Source: an uncultured Ruficoccus sp. | GTDB taxonomy: Bacteria > Verrucomicrobiota > Verrucomicrobiia > Opitutales > Cerasicoccaceae | Assembly: GCA_965140785.1 (NCBI GenBank) | Contig: OZ223480.1 | Span: 1-44,176, forward strand | Direction of reading: 5' to 3' | DNA length: 44,176 nucleotides | Shown: positions 41,807-44,176 of the stretch, piece after piece | Layout: the number at the start of each line of letters is the position of its first letter | Numbering within the stretch: position 1 is the stretch's first letter | Made by a program: the position numbers and the translations under genes | Notes under the pieces: model-generated | The model's input: only the letters and a program-made list of their open reading frames with translations | Databases searched by the model: none | Told to the model about the DNA's origin: nothing

Positions 41807-44176
41807 ATGAAAAAAAATTTCTGTTTTGACCGGGAATGGGAACTTTCCGGGCTAATTAAACTATTAAAACTTATGAAACTAACAGTTTTTCTGATATTGA
41901 TTTCGGTGGCTGGAGTTTTTGCCAATAAAAGTTACTCGCAGAGTAAAATGCTAAATTTGAACATGCGTGGAGCCACTGTTAAAGAGGTGCTTAAGAATAT
42001 TGAAGAACAAAGTGAATTTTACTTTTTGTACAGTGAAGACCTTATTGATATAGAGCGAAATGTTAATGTTAACATTGAAAACAAGAATATCAAGAGGTTT
42101 TGACTTTGATATTTGACGGGACTGATGTCGATTATTCTATACGCGACCGCATTAATTGTGTTATCAACTCCTGAAATGCTTAAAAATGAATTAGACGCAT
42201 TACAACAAAAATCTGTTAGAGGTAATGTTACCGACGTAGGTGGAGAGCCGTTGCCGGGTGTAACAGTGGTTGTGAAAGGAACAACCAATGGTACCATTAC
42301 TGATTTTGAAGGGAACTATACCATTGCAGATATTCCTGACGGAGCTGTTCTCCAGTTTTCATTTGTTGGAATGAAATCTCAGGAAATTGTGGTTGGTAAT
42401 CAAGCAGTAGTTAATATTACTTTAGAAGAAGAAACGATTGGTTTGGAGGAAGTAGTTGCCATTGGTTATGGTATTCAGAAAAAATCAGATGTTGTTGGAT
42501 CAATCTCTTCAGTAAATTCAGATGACCTAGAGAATCGTACAGTAACAAATGTGAATCAGGCTCTTCAGGGAAAAGCTGCAGGAGTTCAGATGATTAGTGC
42601 ATCAGCATCACCCGGAGCAGAATCGAGTATTCGTATACGCGGTTATTCTTCCAACGCCAGTTCTGATCCGCTTTATGTTGTTGATGGTGTTCGTGTTAGC
42701 AGTATTAATAACATCGATCCGAACGATATTGAATCGATGGAGATATTAAAAGACGCTGCATCTGCTGCTATTTATGGTGCAGAGGCAGGAAACGGAGTTG
42801 TATTAATCACAACAAAAAAAGGAGAGCTCGGCGATGGTAAAATTTCCTATAATTTCAAATATGTAATTCAGTCGTTAGCAAAAAAGGCTGAGGTGATGAA
42901 TGCCAATCAATATTTAGATTATATGGTAAAAAGTAATGCATTCGATCAATCTAAAGCTGATAAATGGGACGGAACAGATACAAACTGGAGCGATGTTTTA
43001 TTTGAAGCATCTCCGATGCAACAACATGGAGTTAGTTTTCAGAAAGGATCTGGAAAAGGATCATTGTATGCCTCATTCAATTACCTGGATAACGATGGTA
43101 TTGTGCGGGGTGATAAAGATACTTATCGCCGAATTACCGGTAATGTTAATGTTGATTATGACATAAAAGGACTGGTTGAATTTTACATCGAGTAACCTGA
43201 TTACTTATACTACCCGAAGTAAAGTGGCAGAGAATGATGAGTATACTTCGGTTTTGAGGGCTGCGCTATCGTTAGATCCCTTAACTCCAGATATTTATCC
43301 TGCAGATAACTTACCTTCATGGATGCAATCACTTGTAGATGCTAATTATAAGTTAGTTCAAGATAGTAATGGTGATTATTATTCTATCTCAGATTATTTG
43401 GCCGGAGCTGATGATATAAATCCGAATATATTGATTTATAGTGGTTATACTAAAAACAGAGAACAATATATACAAGGTAACACAGCGCTAAATATCAAAC
43501 CGATTGAAGGATTAACAATAACCTCAAGATTAGGATATCGATTGGGAGCAAACAATATTTATAGTTACCAATCTGGTTATTATGCAACTGCTACCAAAAA
43601 CCAGGACAAGGCAAGTGTAGAATCAACGGTTAGAAGTACACAATACTATCAGGTCGAGAATTTTGCAAATTATATCAAAAGTATTGATAATCATAATTTT
43701 GTTTTGATGGCAGGTTCTTCTTATTCAAGTATGAGAGATAACTACGCAACAACCGGAGGTTTAGGGTTACAGTTTGATAGCGACCGCTATGCTTATCCTG
43801 ATTATTTATCGCCGAGTGCAACAGAATTGATAACAGATGGAGATGATCTGGTAACCAAAAAGCTATCATATTTTGGACGCTTGACCTATGATTTTGATAA
43901 TAAATATATGCTTCAGGCAAGTATGCGTGCTGATGCTGCCGATTTATCGATTTTACCTGAGTCTCAGCGTTGGGGGTATTTTCCTGCTGTGTCTGTGGGG
44001 TGGCGAATTTCACGAGAAAATTGGTTTTGCAAAATGACGACCTTATATCAAACATGAAATTACGCGCCAGCTGGGGGCAAAATGGATCAATTGCAGGATT
44101 AAGAAATTTTGCATATGCAAAAGTGATTGTAAACAGTGGGGCATATTCGTTTGATGCTAATAATCCTAGTTATACA
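41807..44176 (+). CDS. susC: SusC-like TonB-dependent transducer with N-terminal STN extension (3' end outside window; at least 4 frameshifts)
   Basis: MKLTVFL signal, VKEVLKNIEEQSEFYFLYS STN domain, plug motif DIESMEILKDAASAAIYGAEAGNGVVLITTKKG, RWGYFPAVSVGW, corrected KLRASWGQNG near the window end. Confidence 0.92.

Overview
Bacterial chromosomal window from a Bacteroidota organism (SusC/SusD pairs, hybrid two-component system, T9SS cargo, TAnnTTTG -7 promoter boxes; my impression is a Marinilabiliales/Prolixibacteraceae-like lineage, not verified). From left to right: (1) an L-arabinose catabolic operon, cut by the window edge (araA, SSS-family transporter, araD, araB, mutarotase); (2) three minus-strand genes (small secreted protein, PfkB kinase, aldo/keto reductase); (3) an HTCS-linked polysaccharide utilization locus with susC/susD, a surface lipoprotein, three serine esterases and one GH3 but no endo-glycanase; (4) a decayed methyltransferase; (5) an overlapping six-gene operon START-like / DUF2062 / SDR / extended SDR / LytS-type kinase / LytTR regulator, preceded by 21-bp-period repeats and a perfect -7 box; (6) an AraC regulator and an accessory block in which the same 16-bp motif sits 20 bp upstream of a -7 box three times, the last copy with no intact gene behind it; (7) an ECF sigma / FecR / TonB-dependent transducer module running off the right edge. 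More than 20 single-base indels, mostly in homopolymers, split genes without in-frame stops and are most likely sequencing or consensus errors. I saw no rRNA, tRNA, CRISPR array or transposase.
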